From Phoronis australis (lineage: Eukaryota; Animalia; Phoronida), in contig NMRA01000017.1 in NCBI GenBank assembly GCA_002633005.1, positions 1,611,475-1,675,474 of the forward strand: a stretch of 64,000 nt of DNA, given 5' to 3'. Below the pieces are notes generated by a model. It was not told where the DNA came from, ran no database searches, and saw nothing but the letters and a program-made list of their open reading frames with translations. Below are positions 1 through 13,600 of this stretch, in pieces. The position numbers were made by a program, and so were the translations under genes. Every line of letters begins with the position of its first letter. Positions within the stretch are counted from its first letter, which is position 1.

Positions 1-79
1 TCAACACCAAGAGCAACGTGGAGCGTTGAAATGCGCCCACGAATGCATCGCAAATGGTGAGCTTTTGGGGTTTATTTAC
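1..79 (+). mobile_element. HINE-like element terminus (interrupted by another TE)
   Basis: caagagcaacgtggagcgttgaaatgcgcccac, the same terminus as other copies. Confidence 0.7.
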
Positions 80-2730
80 TGTAAATGTTCAGGTTAACGC
101 CCATTCTCAGTTAGCCCCCCCCACCCCTACTTTAGGTGGATTTTCGATTTAACCACCCACTGCTCGGTTAACTACCCATCTGCGAGTTTTGAAGATTTCC
201 AGTTAAGCGCCCACCTCTCGGTTAATAGCGTCCGTCCCCGATTTTTAAAGATTGAAGATTTAGCGCCCAGTGCTATACAAACGCGCGATTCCCCGACTTT
301 TAGATCGATGATCACAACTAGAGTGCAACGATGGCCTCCGAGCCGGCGGGTTGGCAATGTGAATTATAATACAAGTAACGAATTCTTGTCTCGGGTCATG
401 GATTTACTTCAAAAGATAATACTTGAACGTTTTGTCACTTTATTTTCTTCCCATGTTCAAAAATTTTAAGAACCCCGCCGGCTTCAATGCCTCCGCTTTT
501 AGCGATGCGGTCTGCCACACTGAGTTTCTGTTTGCAGTGCAATACATAAAACATATATTCAAAAAAAAATCAAGCCAGAGAAATGTGACAGTGGTTTTTC
601 CAACCCTTCCAACTCGCTTTTGGTAGGAAGCTCTCATATTTTGAAGAATTTCCATAACTCATGGAAAGATGTCAAATTCTCCCTATTTTGATGATTGTAA
701 TTGCCAGGTTGTCGAGGATGTGTAGCGATCGAACGGACAGTGCACCTCGTTGGCCCATTTGCTGTCTCTCGATTTCTGAATTCAAAGGTTGGTAATACGT
801 TACTGGATGTTTGTGTATCATCTTGAAGAAATAATAAACTGCAAGTCAAATTTTGTTTTTCGCTTATTGCATCTCAGACAAGTTGGCGTTAGCAGATTCC
901 GCCAAAGTCACTGGCGGTTCTTTATAGTAAGATTTTTTGCGACAGGCGTAACTGTGAATTATCGTATCCACCTAGCCTCTTAGCTTCCCAAATACTTTTG
1001 TCTCTACATTGGGCAGTTTCAGCCTGAACAAAATTCTTACCATTCGAGTCTGAGACATCTACGGCGTAACTGATTGAAAATTGGTGGCAGTGGTAATGAC
1101 GTGCACGCAGCTAGCCACGGGCATGGAACATCCTGTCCAGGGATCATCGAGCCGGGAAATATTGGAACAGACTGGACATCATAGTTTTGGGTCATTGGAA
1201 CGGAGGAATATCGTAAGACACTGTTTTTTTTTGTAACAACAGCTTAAAAGTACAGAGTCGCGCCGGTGTACTCCTTTATGTAGGGCTGTCGCTGTTCTCT
1301 TTTGATGTGCGATCTCTGAAGTGGTGCACATGTGTAAGTTCCCACACTCTGGAGTACATGTTACCTTGACAACAACATATGTGATTGACAGGTGACTCAA
1401 ACGTATGTGCGTGCTGAATCCAGTCGCTGTCTTTTGTCATATAAAACAAGACCCATATTGAAAGGGATTGTTAAATTACTTGATGGCATTTCCAAGCCTA
1501 GTGACGGCACATTGTGCGCAAACAGCGGAACCGACCAGTGCTGCAGTGCAATATTGCCGTAGGTGATATAATAGGATAATCTGTACATATTGCGTGTAAA
1601 ATAAATGTGTTTTTCAAGTTGCTTTATGTTTGCCAGGTAGGCCTATCTATTTTAGCCCCCCCCCCCCCGCAGTGGCAGGTACAAGTCATCTATAATCTCA
1701 GCTCACGTTTCCAAATTTCAGGTCTCCAATGCGGCCTGCAGTTCGTTATGCTGAGCGCGGAGTCTCGGTTGCAAAACACTGACTCGGAAAGGACGCGTTG
1801 CTGGTTGAAGCTCTTCACTAATTTAGTCGTATACCTGCGTATACCTTGGATGCCAGTTATCCGAAGAATTGGGGCTACATCTACGAATTGTTTTTTACCG
1901 ACGCAGATACGTGTACGAACTGGTAATTTTTTCCTCGGACTCTACTGTACGTGCTCAATAGACTCATCCCCATTCATAGTGTTAGGAATTTTAAAATAAA
2001 ATCTTAAGCAAATGCTTGTTTTTAAGTAATGCCTTTGCGGTAACTTTTGATTGACGACTGGCTCATGTCCACTTAGCCCCGATTCTCATCTTTTTTGCGT
2101 GGCGTGTTTCACGCAATTGGAAGTGGGCAACGCCAGGCGGTCGAGATAAAACAGCTAGCCGTAGAACCGTACGTTGAAAATGAGTCACGGAGTCTAATCT
2201 AATCTAAATCTCCAACATAAACATCCCAAACACAAAAAACACCTGAATTTGCTTTTTAAACTTTTATTACATCAACAATTTTAAAACTGGTCTTTGACTC
2301 GAAACTTGACAGCTAGGACCATAAATTTGATGCCTGCTGTGATACCTGCAACACATGAAACTCGCATGCGCACACTTCTAAAGTGTCATCGCGTGAGACT
2401 AGTTGCAATCCAAGTTATTGTTACTGGTCGTCTGCGCACTACAGCTCTAATAAGGTCGCAGGATGGCACAGGGCTATTACTCACCAATTTTGTAAATTTA
2501 ATTGTGATTGACTAATCTGCGGGCAACGGAACATTTCTTGGGATCGTCCGCTGTTATGACAATTTTAGCGATATTTGGCGACTTGACGATAAAGCTCTTT
2601 GAAAAGTTTTACGCATTCCCAGTACGTGTGTCATGTGGTACTCTGATCATGAGGTAAGATTAACCCCCTAGGGCGGTTGTCTGTCGTAATAAGCGCCCAT
2701 GTTCCGTTAACCGCCCACCCTGGATTTCTT
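78..2730. mobile_element. Degenerate non-autonomous DNA transposon sequence(s)
   Basis: Starts tactgtaaatgttc like other TA[C/T]CGTA elements; 1300-2600 is the reverse complement of parts of 7300-8880. Confidence 0.5.
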
Positions 2731-3205
2731 GAAAGTTCACGTACAATCCATCCAAAAACCGGAACATGCCATATTTCATAAAAATCTGTCAAGGAACTTC
2801 AGAGAAACAAAGGAAAATAGAACAAGAGCAACGCGGAGCGTTGAAATGCGCCCACAATTGCACCGCATACGGTATCCTTCTAGGGTTGTTTATTGGTACC
2901 ATAAAGTGGCCAGTAGAGGGCATACTTTGCAAAATGGAAAGGCATGGTCATTGTCTCCTCAATGGGCTAGGGGCAAAATGTGAGTAATCTTCATAATACA
3001 AGCACATCCTATACCTCAGTTGCTTAAAACACCACAGAAACATAGAATTAAAAACAAATTTACCAACATACGAGATTAGCACAGCATTAGAATGCCAGAA
3101 ACAAATTTCTACTTGGAACTTTTCCTTCACAGTCACGAAGTAACACAAAGTATACACCTGAAGACCTATGAAAATACAGAGGTCAATGTAAAATACTAAA
3201 ATTGC

Positions 3206-4024
3206 NNNNNNNNNNNNNNNNNNNNNNNNNNNNNNNNNNNNNNNNNNNNNNNNNNNNNNNNNNNNNNNNNNNNNNNNNNNNNNNNNNNNNNNNNNNNNNN
3301 NNNNNNNNNNNNNNNNNNNNNNNNNNNNNNNNNNNNNNNNNNNNNNNNNNNNNNNNNNNNNNNNNNNNNNNNNNNNNNNNNNNNNNNNNNNNNNNNNNNN
3401 NNNNNNNNNNNNNNNNNNNNNNNNNNNNNNNNNNNNNNNNNNNNNNNNNNNNNNNNNNNNNNNNNNNNNNNNNNNNNNNNNNNNNNNNNNNNNNNNNNNN
3501 NNNNNNNNNNNNNNNNNNNNNNNNNNNNNNNNNNNNNNNNNNNNNNNNNNNNNNNNNNNNNNNNNNNNNNNNNNNNNNNNNNNNNNNNNNNNNNNNNNNN
3601 NNNNNNNNNNNNNNNNNNNNNNNNNNNNNNNNNNNNNNNNNNNNNNNNNNNNNNNNNNNNNNNNNNNNNNNNNNNNNNNNNNNNNNNNNNNNNNNNNNNN
3701 NNNNNNNNNNNNNNNNNNNNNNNNNNNNNNNNNNNNNNNNNNNNNNNNNNNNNNNNNNNNNNNNNNNNNNNNNNNNNNNNNNNNNNNNNNNNNNNNNNNN
3801 NNNNNNNNNNNNNNNNNNNNNNNNNNNNNNNNNNNNNNNNNNNNNNNNNNNNNNNNNNNNNNNNNNNNNNNNNNNNNNNNNNNNNNNNNNNNNNNNNNNN
3901 NNNNNNNNNNNNNNNNNNNNNNNNNNNNNNNNNNNNNNNNNNNNNNNNNNNNNNNNNNNNNNNNNNNNNNNNNNNNNNNNNNNNNNNNNNNNNNNNNNNN
4001 NNNNNNNNNNNNNNNNNNNNNNNN
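3206..4024. other. Assembly gap
   Basis: N run. Confidence 1.
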
Positions 4025-5795
4025 ACTATTAGGTGCCTACATACCAAATTTCATGAAAATCCGTTCAGGACTTTTGAAGATACAAAGGTAAGCGTAAAAA
4101 ACTAAAATTGCCACTAGGGGGCACACCGGTAGTCGGATCCGTCCGAAAATTCGCACATGCCGTCCCATTCATGAATGGAACATATGTGTCAAATTTCATG
4201 AACGTATGTCAAAGGGTTTTGGAGACGCCGGACGCCGGACGGACGGACGGACAGACGGACAGAGATGACGGCATAATGCGTCCACATCTAAATATGTGGG
4301 CGCATAACAAAATGAAATTGCCACTTGTGGGCACAGCACCCCCCTGAAAGTGGTCGTCTGTTATCTTCATATAACTTCACTTACCACTGCAGTGGGTTTT
4401 GGAGCTATGGGCATAAAACAAAACTACCACTAGGAGGCGCCACAATAGTCAGTCGCCATAATCAAATGTCCTCTTCACACTGAAAATATACACACCAATT
4501 TTCAAAACCATCCCTAGAATGATTTGGCTGATCGAGTTGTGGACGCCAAAAACAAGATTTGAAAACAGCAAGAAATGGCCACCAGGTGTTGCAAAATACC
4601 TCGATTCCATCAAAAACATGAAGACAGCTTAATCTCACCAATGGATGCCTATATTCAAAATTTTATGAAAATCTGTTAAGGACCTTTGAAGATACAGACT
4701 GGTAAACGTAAACAAAATCTAAAATTGCCACTAGGGGGCACACCACTAGTCAGATCCGTCGTCGTCGTTCATTGTCAACATCATTTAAATACACTTGCTA
4801 AATTAAGTAAAGATCCTGCAAACGGCATGATACATCCATAAGCGCAAAAAAAACTGCCACTAGGAGGCGCCACAGTAGTCGAACTCGTCAGAAAATCGGA
4901 AAATCGCAATCAGCCGTCCACTTCATAGTAAAACATACATGCAAATTATTCACAATTATCCTAAAAGCGGTTTAGTTGATAGACGAGTGGACGCCAAAAA
5001 ACAGACTCGAAAACAGTAAAAATGGCCACTAGGTGGTGCAAACTAGGTTGAAAGATAGAGTCATCTCATTAGATGCCTGTATGCCATATTTTATGCAAAT
5101 ACATTGAGCACCTTTGAACATACAGAGGTAAACGTAAAAAAGAACAAAATTGCCACTAGGTGACACACCAGTAGTCAGATCCGTCTGAAAGTGGTCGTCC
5201 TCCGATATTAGCATCATATAAATACACTTACTGAATTTAGGAAAGATCCTGCGAACGGTTTAAGGGATACAGCCAGAGGCGCAAAAAAACAAAACAGCCA
5301 CTAGGAGGCGCCATAGTAGTCAAAGCCGTCGAAAAATCATTGTCAGCCGTCCATTTCATAGTAAGAACATACGGTCGTATATGCCAATTTTCACAATCAT
5401 CCTCTGAGCGGTTTGGTTGACAGAGGGGTGCACGCAAAAAAAATTGAAAACAGTAAAAATGGCCACTAGGTGGCGCAGACTACGTAAAATCCATCTGAAA
5501 ACGGGAGGATAGCGTCATCTCACTAATAGGTGCCTATATATCAAATTTTATGAAAATCCCTTTCAGGACTTTTAAAGATACAGAGGTTAACGTAAACAAC
5601 TAAAATTGCCAGTAGGGGGCACACCGGAAGTCGAATCCATCCGAAAGTTCGCTCATGCCGTCCCATCTACAGAACGAACACATGTACAAAATTTCATGAA
5701 CATACGTCAAGGCGTTTTGGAGATAGAGCAGTGGACGCCGGACAGACGGATGAACATGACGGCATAATGCGTCTCCATATAAATGTGGGTGCATA
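4025..5795. mobile_element. HINE/DINE-1-like (Helentron-associated) element(s) with internal tandem array
   Basis: ~440-bp units, (GGAC)n microsatellite, terminal hairpin gcgtccacat..atgtgggcgcataa at 4279-4307 and 5770-5795. Confidence 0.75.
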
Positions 5796-6810
5796 AAAAG
5801 GATGAGTGGCCTCCACTCAGCCCTGACTGCAATCCAATGGACTATGCCACATGGGACTCTCTGCAGGAAAAAGTTTTCAGGGAAATGAGAGGCAAAAATT
5901 TACTGTCAAAAGAAAAGATAATTATGTTATGGGAAGAAATCTCAATGGAAGAAATCCAGAAAAGCATTAATATTCTAGTTAAAAGAAACGGCTCCGTTTA
6001 TTCGCGAAGGACTACAGAAACCACATTGAGCATAGACTGAAATAAGCGAGCTTCCCTGATATTTATTTTTTGACCTGGGCCCGGTCTCTAATCTTTGTAC
6101 TCGAAAGGAACTCGAAACTATTTTTGGCAATTTCTCTGCTCCTTTTGTGCGAAATTAAGATAATTGGTTATCAGACTGTGCTCGAATACATTATAGTTTA
6201 TGCATAGGAGTTTCTAGTTCAAGTTTTCCCTTGAAGACCCTTATATTCGTGCTACAAACTCGAGTAAAAGCTCGAAATTTCGAGTTCAAACTCGAACTTA
6301 TTGCTTTAATATTGGGTTTACAAACTGTGAACTAAGGGCAATAAATTATCTACGTAAGTTATTGTGTACTCGAGCATAGAATAATAGACACTTATCTTGA
6401 GTTCGCCCAAAAGTAGAGTAGAAAATGACAAACCTAATTTCGAGTTCCATTTCGAGCAAAAAGATTGGAGACCGGGCCCTGGGCTTGGTTGCATAAAGCT
6501 TCAAAATTATCCGCTGGATAAATTTGATTCTTGCACGATGTCAGGAGCATTGTTCAACAATAAAAACGTGACGTGTGATAATGCGATGCCATAGTTGCTA
6601 TATGGCGTATAACATTTATGCAACCTGGCCCTGGTGTTTTTAATTTGACAGTACTCCCACAATTGGACACATATCTCTTTAACATTTTGTACATTTGTTG
6701 ATGAAATCCTCAGGTTCATCTGTAAGAAATTTGAAAAAAAAAATAGGTTTACCCGTTGCTGAGAAATTACTTGTCAAAAAGTGGCTCACTTTTTTTAGAA
6801 CGCCTGATAT
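5796..6810 (+). mobile_element. Tc1/mariner-superfamily transposon 3' fragment
   Basis: EWPPLSPDCNPMDYATW (WPPxSPDLNP motif) in ORF 5783..6040. Confidence 0.8.
6078..6478. mobile_element. PIF/Harbinger-type MITE nested in the Tc1 fragment
   Basis: TIR ggcccggtctc(t/c)aatcttt...aaagattggagaccgggcc, flanked by 3-bp CTG duplication. Confidence 0.8.
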
Positions 6811-7016
6811 TATGTAATTATACAGATTCTTTCCAACTACTTTCAACAACATCAAAATAGACGGTTGCTTTGGTTCAAAACCAGAATGAAGCCACCGAGG
6901 ATATGATTCAAAGTAAAATTTGCCAAGAAAATGCTAATCTGGATGAATTGTTCAAAAAAATTATCAATGCCACACTAAGAATTAATATACAGTGAAGAGC
7001 ACTTGCTAAATAAAGT

Positions 7017-8880
7017 TATTTCCATGTTTTTAAGGATACGGTGTTTTCTCTATTAATTCGTACACTCTGTTAATTCGTACAGGACCCTTGAAACATGCCG
7101 TTTGTCTCCAATAGTTCGTACAGTAGGCATCTGAGGGAAAAATAGTTCGTACACATATCTGCATCCGAAAAAATAATTCGTGCAAGCTTTTTGGATCGGT
7201 AAAGTGGAAATTTTCATTCTGTTGTTTGCTTTACTAAGCTAGCATAGAGCTCGAAAAGTCGTTCTTCATATCGCCATTTTCGGCGACAGAAAATGTGGAA
7301 ACAGCGATAAGATTTTCCATCGTGTCGCCAAATGGCAGAAAAATTGTCATAACAGTGGACTTTCCCAACAAGGTTCTGTTACCCTCAGATTAGTACTACA
7401 CGAATAAATTTACAAAAGTGCGGAGTAACAGTACCTTAGTCTTGTTAGAGCTGATTCTGGTGACTGCAGTGCGCAAACGACAAATGACTATACAGTGCTC
7501 CAGTTTGATTGCAACTATAATTCTCACGTGGTGAAGTGCAAACGTGCAATCTTCACGTGCTGCAGAGGTTGCATCATAAGGACTAAATTTATGGCCACAG
7601 TGGTCCCGTGACATGAGTAGAACTATGTGCGTATTAGCTGTAAAGTTCAGAGTTCAGAGTTGAGATGTTTGACGAAATAAATGTTTGAAAAACTAATTCA
7701 GGTGTTTTTTATGGCAAATGTTTATGTTCTAGACTCTGCAACCCAATGAATTGTCAACGTAAGGTTTAGTGCGGTTGTCTTATCTCAAGCGCTCGGCACG
7801 GCTAACTTCAGTTGCCATTGCGTGAAACACGCTTCGTAATGAAGATGAGAATTGGAGGTAAGCGGACATGAGCCAGTCGTCAATCAAAAGTAACTGCAAG
7901 GGCATTACTCAACAGCAAGTATTTGCTTAATATTTCATGGCTTTGACTCGGGATGAGTCTAAAGAACCCGTACAATGGGGGTCCTAGAGAAAAAATACTT
8001 CGTACAGTAGGTGGTCGAGCGAAAAATTGTTTGTATACGTATCTTTGTCCATAAAAATAACTTGTGAACAATCTCCAATTATTCGGGTAATCGCTGGTCC
8101 CGGTCCACTCAGGGAGTACGCGCTAGTTCAGTGTCGGTTGTAATCAACTCGGCGCTAGACAATCGCGACCTGAAATTTGGAAATACTAGCCGAGACTGGT
8201 CATTTCGTATCAAGTAGCAACATGCAACCTGGACGTTCCCAAAACGCGAACCTAGACTAGCTTTTGGCGTCAAGTACATACTTGACACTTGTGCAAATCC
8301 GACCGTTATTTGGTTGTTTCCAAATCAAGTTGAACACTCGGCCATCTTCATTGAGTTGTCAACATGTTGCGTGAACATGGGATAACGTCTTTGGATAATT
8401 CAGAACCGATCTTTGACGCATTTCATTGGCTGGTGTTTTCGGCTACTTTTGCAAATTTTTGGATGAGCCGGCAAAAAATTCGGACCAGGGTATAAATATG
8501 TGATCAATTAAAAACGTCACAGCGATGTTTCATTCGCTAGTGACCAACTTACCGAATTTGTGATGAAAAACATTTATTTTACATTCAAGCTGTCCGAATT
8601 AGCCTATTACATTATCACCAACATCATCTCACTGCGGCACTGGTCGACCCCGCTGTCACTTTTGCGGGCAATGTCCCGACAGACCTTGACTTGGAAATGT
8701 GTCTCTTTTTGAAGGCAAGACCGCAAACAAATTCTCCAGTCCTACTATACTTTATGGGGCTGAGCACGCGTGAATGTATGAGTCATCTGTCACTAACATA
8801 TGTTGCTGTCAATGTAACATGCACTCCAACGATTCAAGTGTGGGAACATACACGCACGCGCCACTTCAAAGTCACACATC
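7017..8880. mobile_element. Degenerate non-autonomous DNA element
   Basis: Inverted diverged copy of 1300-2600; ttcgtaca sub-terminal repeats. Confidence 0.55.
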
Positions 8881-10060
8881 AAACTTCAATCTCTTTTGCA
8901 AAAGAGGTTGCAAAGAAGACCCGCTCTGATGAAATTGTTTTAATAGAAAAAATTAACGCTTTGACAGCCAAGGTGGAAAACGGCCCTTCAGAGGAATTAA
9001 AAAAAGATTTACAAAAAGCCAAAATTGATTTGCAAATTATCCAGACCCAAAAAATTAAGGGCTCGATCCTGCGTAGTAAAGCACAATGGGCAGAACAAGG
9101 TGAGAATGGAAAATATTTCAAAAACCTAGAGGTGTGCCACAGCAAGCAAAAACATATTAACGCCCTTAAAGATGGTGCTAAAATTATACATGATGCAGCA
9201 TGCATACGGAATATGCAAGTGATTACAAAAAACTTTACTCCGATATTGAAGAATGCAACGTCGAAAGAACGTATCCAATCCGCCTTTTTAATTTACCAAT
9301 ACATAAAAAGCTATCTCCAGCAGATTCTTACGTTTTAGAAAAAAACCTAACAGAAGAAGAATTGTATGAATCTATGTTAGAGACAAAACCTAACAAGACG
9401 CCTGGTAATGATGGCATCAGCTATGAATTTTATAAAACCTTTTGGAAGGTAATTAAAGACGATTTATTGGCGAGCGTCACATACAGCTTTGCAATCGGTC
9501 ACATGTCCAGTTCTCAAAAGCAAGGCGTAATCACGTTAATCCCGAAAAGTAAAAATTCCGAGGAATTACTATCTTTAGATAATTGGAGACCCATCTCTCT
9601 TTTGAACTGTGACTATAAATTAATAATTAAAACAATCGCAAACAAAATATACAAATATATTGACAATTTAATTCATCCAGATCAAACATCCCTGCCGAAA
9701 CGTTATATAGGCCAGAACATACGTGTAATTGACGATATGATTGAATTTTATAAAGAAAAGCACACCCCCGGTCACATTGTATTCCTCGATTTCAAGAAAG
9801 CGTACGATACTGTAAAGTGGGAGTTTTTATTTCAGTCCTTAAAAGTTTTAAATTTTGGTGACGTTTTTATCAATAGAATCCGTACATTGTATTCTGGAAT
9901 TTCGTCATGTGTGATGAACAACGGATTTATATCACAGTATTTTAACATAGAAAAAGGCCTCCGACAAGGAGACCCACTATCAAGTCCGCTGTTCGTCCTG
10001 TGTGCGGAAATTATGCCACATCATGTCAGAAGCAATGAATTAATTAGAGGCTTCATCCAA
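8881..10060 (+). mobile_element. L1/Tx1-clade non-LTR retrotransposon ORF2 fragment (RT, frameshifted, truncated)
   Basis: GSILRSKAQWAEQGE; KTPGNDG..YEFYK.FW; NWRPISLLNCDYK; FLDFKKAYDTV; GLRQGDPLS; ends before YADD. Confidence 0.92.
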
Positions 10061-10565
10061 GTGGTCAACACATTTCGACCAGGGTAGAAATGTTGACAAT
10101 GTCAGTCCAAAAACAACTAAAAAGCCAATGACTTCAAACGTGAAAACAAATGACAGTAGCAAATTGAAAAGAACAAACCATTAATCTATTTACCCATATG
10201 AGCAAGATATCAATAAAATACCATGAAGCCACCTATCATTCACGTGAACTGAGTCCATATTAAAAAGTGTGACATGGTTACAACACAATATCAAATGGAT
10301 ATCACAACATAGCTAATGTGATTTCTTTGATAAGAAAAAATCTTCAGGCTGCGAGTATTCAAAGAGAATATGAAAAAGTTCATTTTGATTTCCTTTTGAA
10401 ATATCAACCACCACAAATAGTTTAATTGGATTAATACTCTAAGGCCAAACATAATATTTCCGTCACTGATAAATTTTATCTCACATCATTTTCAAGTTAC
10501 CAAAGCAGACAACAAAATGCAAAGATATTGTGGATGTTCAACTGAGCATGGATTGGTTTACTCAC

Positions 10566-10686
10566 CTTTGAAAAAGCTGATAAGTTTCTTGAATGCAGCC
10601 ACAGCATTCACAATTGGATCTTTAACACTGCTAACAACCTTATCAAACAAGTTGGCCAGATCAGACACATCATTTATTCCAAAGTC
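10566..10686 (-). CDS. LLT gene exon: DFGINDVSDLANLFDKVVSSVKDPIVNAVAAFKKLISFFK
   Basis: gtttcag/gtgagt; amphipathic helix; phase 0->1; gene continues downstream. Confidence 0.87.
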
Positions 10687-13600
10687 CTGAAACATTGCGT
10701 ATAGCTGTAATGCATAACCTTTTATGCATACGTTTCCTCAAATTCAGACAAAAATAAAGGCCAAAAATTTCATTTTTTATTTTTTCAAATGGTCATTGTG
10801 TTGCCAAACATTCATTGTGTTGCCAAACATTCATTGTGTTGCCAAACATTCACTGTGTTGCCAAACGTTTTCATCATGAATCAATGACAGGTGCACTATG
10901 AAAAGTTTTCATGATTAAAGTGAAATTGTCTTCCTTATTACTCTTGTTCAAAAATCTGATAAAATAAAATTTTACTGATCTGCCGTATAGAGTTCTAATT
11001 TGAAGAAACTTTAAAGCACCTACAGGAAATGGTAAATTTAAGAAAGCTTGTCTATTAAACAGGCCATAAGGCATAAATAGTTATGGTCTGTAATTTATCG
11101 TGTTTGTGATCCGGTTTTTAGCTGCTCCCATTTTCAAAAATTTCCACACAAGACGAGCAAAAATGATTGGGGTATATTTTTTGCCTTTTACCTGGTGTTT
11201 TTTAAACTTTTCTTAAGACCATTCGTGCAGCTTTTCAGAACTTGCCATATGAAATTGATGAGGGTGGCACCTTTTCAGTCAGTGAGCAGCCTCACTGCAT
11301 ACAGCACAATGTTACAAATTTGTTGATAATACAACCACCTAGTGGTATCAAATAGTAATTCACCTTGAGTACGTTTAAGTCATATCTGATGTAGCCTTGA
11401 TAGCAAGCCAGTGCCTTAAAGATGTCCACTTCTTTTCCAAGAAAACCAAGGAGAGCTTTGACGTAGGCGTGGTTGTAAATGTCAATCTCAAAAAATCCCG
11501 AAAGAGGCTCTGAAAGTTATGAAATATTTCGTAGTTAATAAGAAAACTAAAAATAACAGAACTATGTGGCTATTTGGCAAAGGTAATTAATGTAATGAGC
11601 AATAGATAAGTCAAAAGTGTCTATTTGTATTAAACTGCTGCTGATTAAATTAAACCAGTTAAAACTTCTCTACGACAAAATATTTTTTTGATTCCTAGTA
11701 ACAAGAGATGTCTGCAATTTTCAAACAATGCTTTAACATTGAGTTTTTCAATGTGGCTTATTATACTTTCCTTAGCTCCTAAGTAACGGTTACAAAATTC
11801 AAGCATCAGAATGAATCATACATACTTAATTGCAGTTCCATCCTGTTGCGTATGGTCAGCCCAAAGCTGGCACCAATGGCAGAAGTCCCAATAACCTTTC
11901 CCCATTCAATCCCTGGCAATTCTAATTTGAAGCTGAGGGCCCGAAAAATGTCTGCAAGGCTGCGCTTTGATCTGGACTGCATTACCACCGGGTAAGTGTA
12001 CTTCTCCCTGGATAATTGGGTAAAACAAAAGTTTAGTGAGATTGAATCATGTTGATCTTGCCTTTCACCTGTGTGCCAATTAAAGCCAGAAGGCTGACCC
12101 ATCTTTTTCCAGTCACTCATTCATCAAATGTGCCATTTTAGCTCTGCCATCCTAACCTTAGTTTGTATGTCTGTCTTATCTATATCAGTGCACAGCATTG
12201 TTGAATTGCATTGTTTAGTCTTTGTTACAAACAATCAATCTTTTAATCACCTGGTAACTATATAGCTACAGTTCTCCCACAGAACCAATCATTAGGCTTC
12301 TGGGGTTAAAAATAACAACTAAAACATTTCAACACATTAACTTCAGTCTTTACCAGTAATAGTTTATCAATTCTACTCGTCTCAGCAAAGTACAAGTTGA
12401 AATTATTTTTATGGGATAAGTACCTGAATTAAAAACTGAGTGTTTTTACATACGGTAAAGTCGCGTGATTTTCGGACACTGAAAATTAATTCCAATAGAA
12501 AAAATTCATTCTTGGACGAATCTCGCGAAACATCATTTCTGTGGTGTCCGAATTTGGCGGACCTCCAAATTTGGGTTTCCGCTAGTGTCCGAATTTCGTG
12601 AGTGTACATTATTTCGATGAGCGGTCGTAGTATCAACATTGCTGGCTCGTTCATTTGATAGCAGTACAATTGCAGGTAAATGAGACTCAAATGGTCTGCG
12701 CGATTAATTTTTGAAAATCTGGCTTTCCCAATAAGAAATGTGCGCTGTCGTCGCACAAGACCGTTCCCGACAAGTGTTGGTTCTTCTTTTCAAAGATGCG
12801 CTTTCTCAATATGAAATATTCGGCTTGCATTGCCGATGCTCAAAAACCGTTCTCGGCAAGTGACGGAATCTTTTCAAAACTGCGCTATCTCACTTGAAAT
12901 ATCGGGCTGCGTTGTGAAAAAAGNNNNNNNNNNNNNNNNNNNNNNNNNNNNNNNNNNNNNNNNNNNNNNNNNNNNNNNNNNNNNNNNNNNNNNNNNNNNN
13001 NNNNNNNNNNNNNNNNNNNNNNNNNNNNNNNNNNNNNNNNNNNNNNNNNNNNNNNNNNNNNNNNNNNNNNNNNNNNNNNNNNNNNNNNNNNNNNNNNNNN
13101 NNNNNNNNNNNNNNNNNNNNNNNNNNNNNNNNNNNNNNNNNNNNNNNNNNNNNNNNNNNNNNNNNNNNNNNNNNNNNNNNNNNNNNNNNNNNNNNNNNNN
13201 NNNNNNNNNNNNNNNNNNNNNNNNNNNNNNNNNNNNNNNNNNNNNNNNNNNNNNNNNNNNNNNNNNNNNNNNNNNNNNNNNNNNNNNNNNNNNNNNNNNN
13301 NNNNNNNNNNNNNNNNNNNNNNNNNNNNNNNNNNNNNNNNNNNNNNNNNNNNNNNNNNNNNNNNNNNNNNNNNNNNNNNNNNNNNNNNNNNNNNNNNNNN
13401 NNNNNNNNNNNNNAAAAAGTATTTTTACATAAGACGTTTGGTTTCCCGAACTTATATACGGAAATCGGTGGTAATACTTCCCAAAATTATTTACCCTTGC
13501 TGCAGGTAAGGCATCACCTCGGGTAAAAATAGAACAATAATAATTAGCAATGTAACAGCCATCTCTTTCGAATCAAACACAATTAAACACACTTACAGCT

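Noticed and set aside
3064-3165. Candidate next LLT exon (GLQVYTLCYFVTV...)
   Set aside because: Phase fits, but the composition is unconvincing and it abuts a HINE fragment; the real exon may be in the gap or outside the window
3196-4047. Long ORFs spanning N runs (also 12830..13432, 62212..63099)
   Set aside because: Artefacts of assembly gaps
4025-5795. CRISPR-like periodic repeats
   Set aside because: Spacers are homologous to each other, there are no cas genes, and the context is eukaryotic; this is a TE-internal tandem array
6625-6719. Candidate exon after 10566
   Set aside because: Stop codon in the required frame; within the Tc1 element
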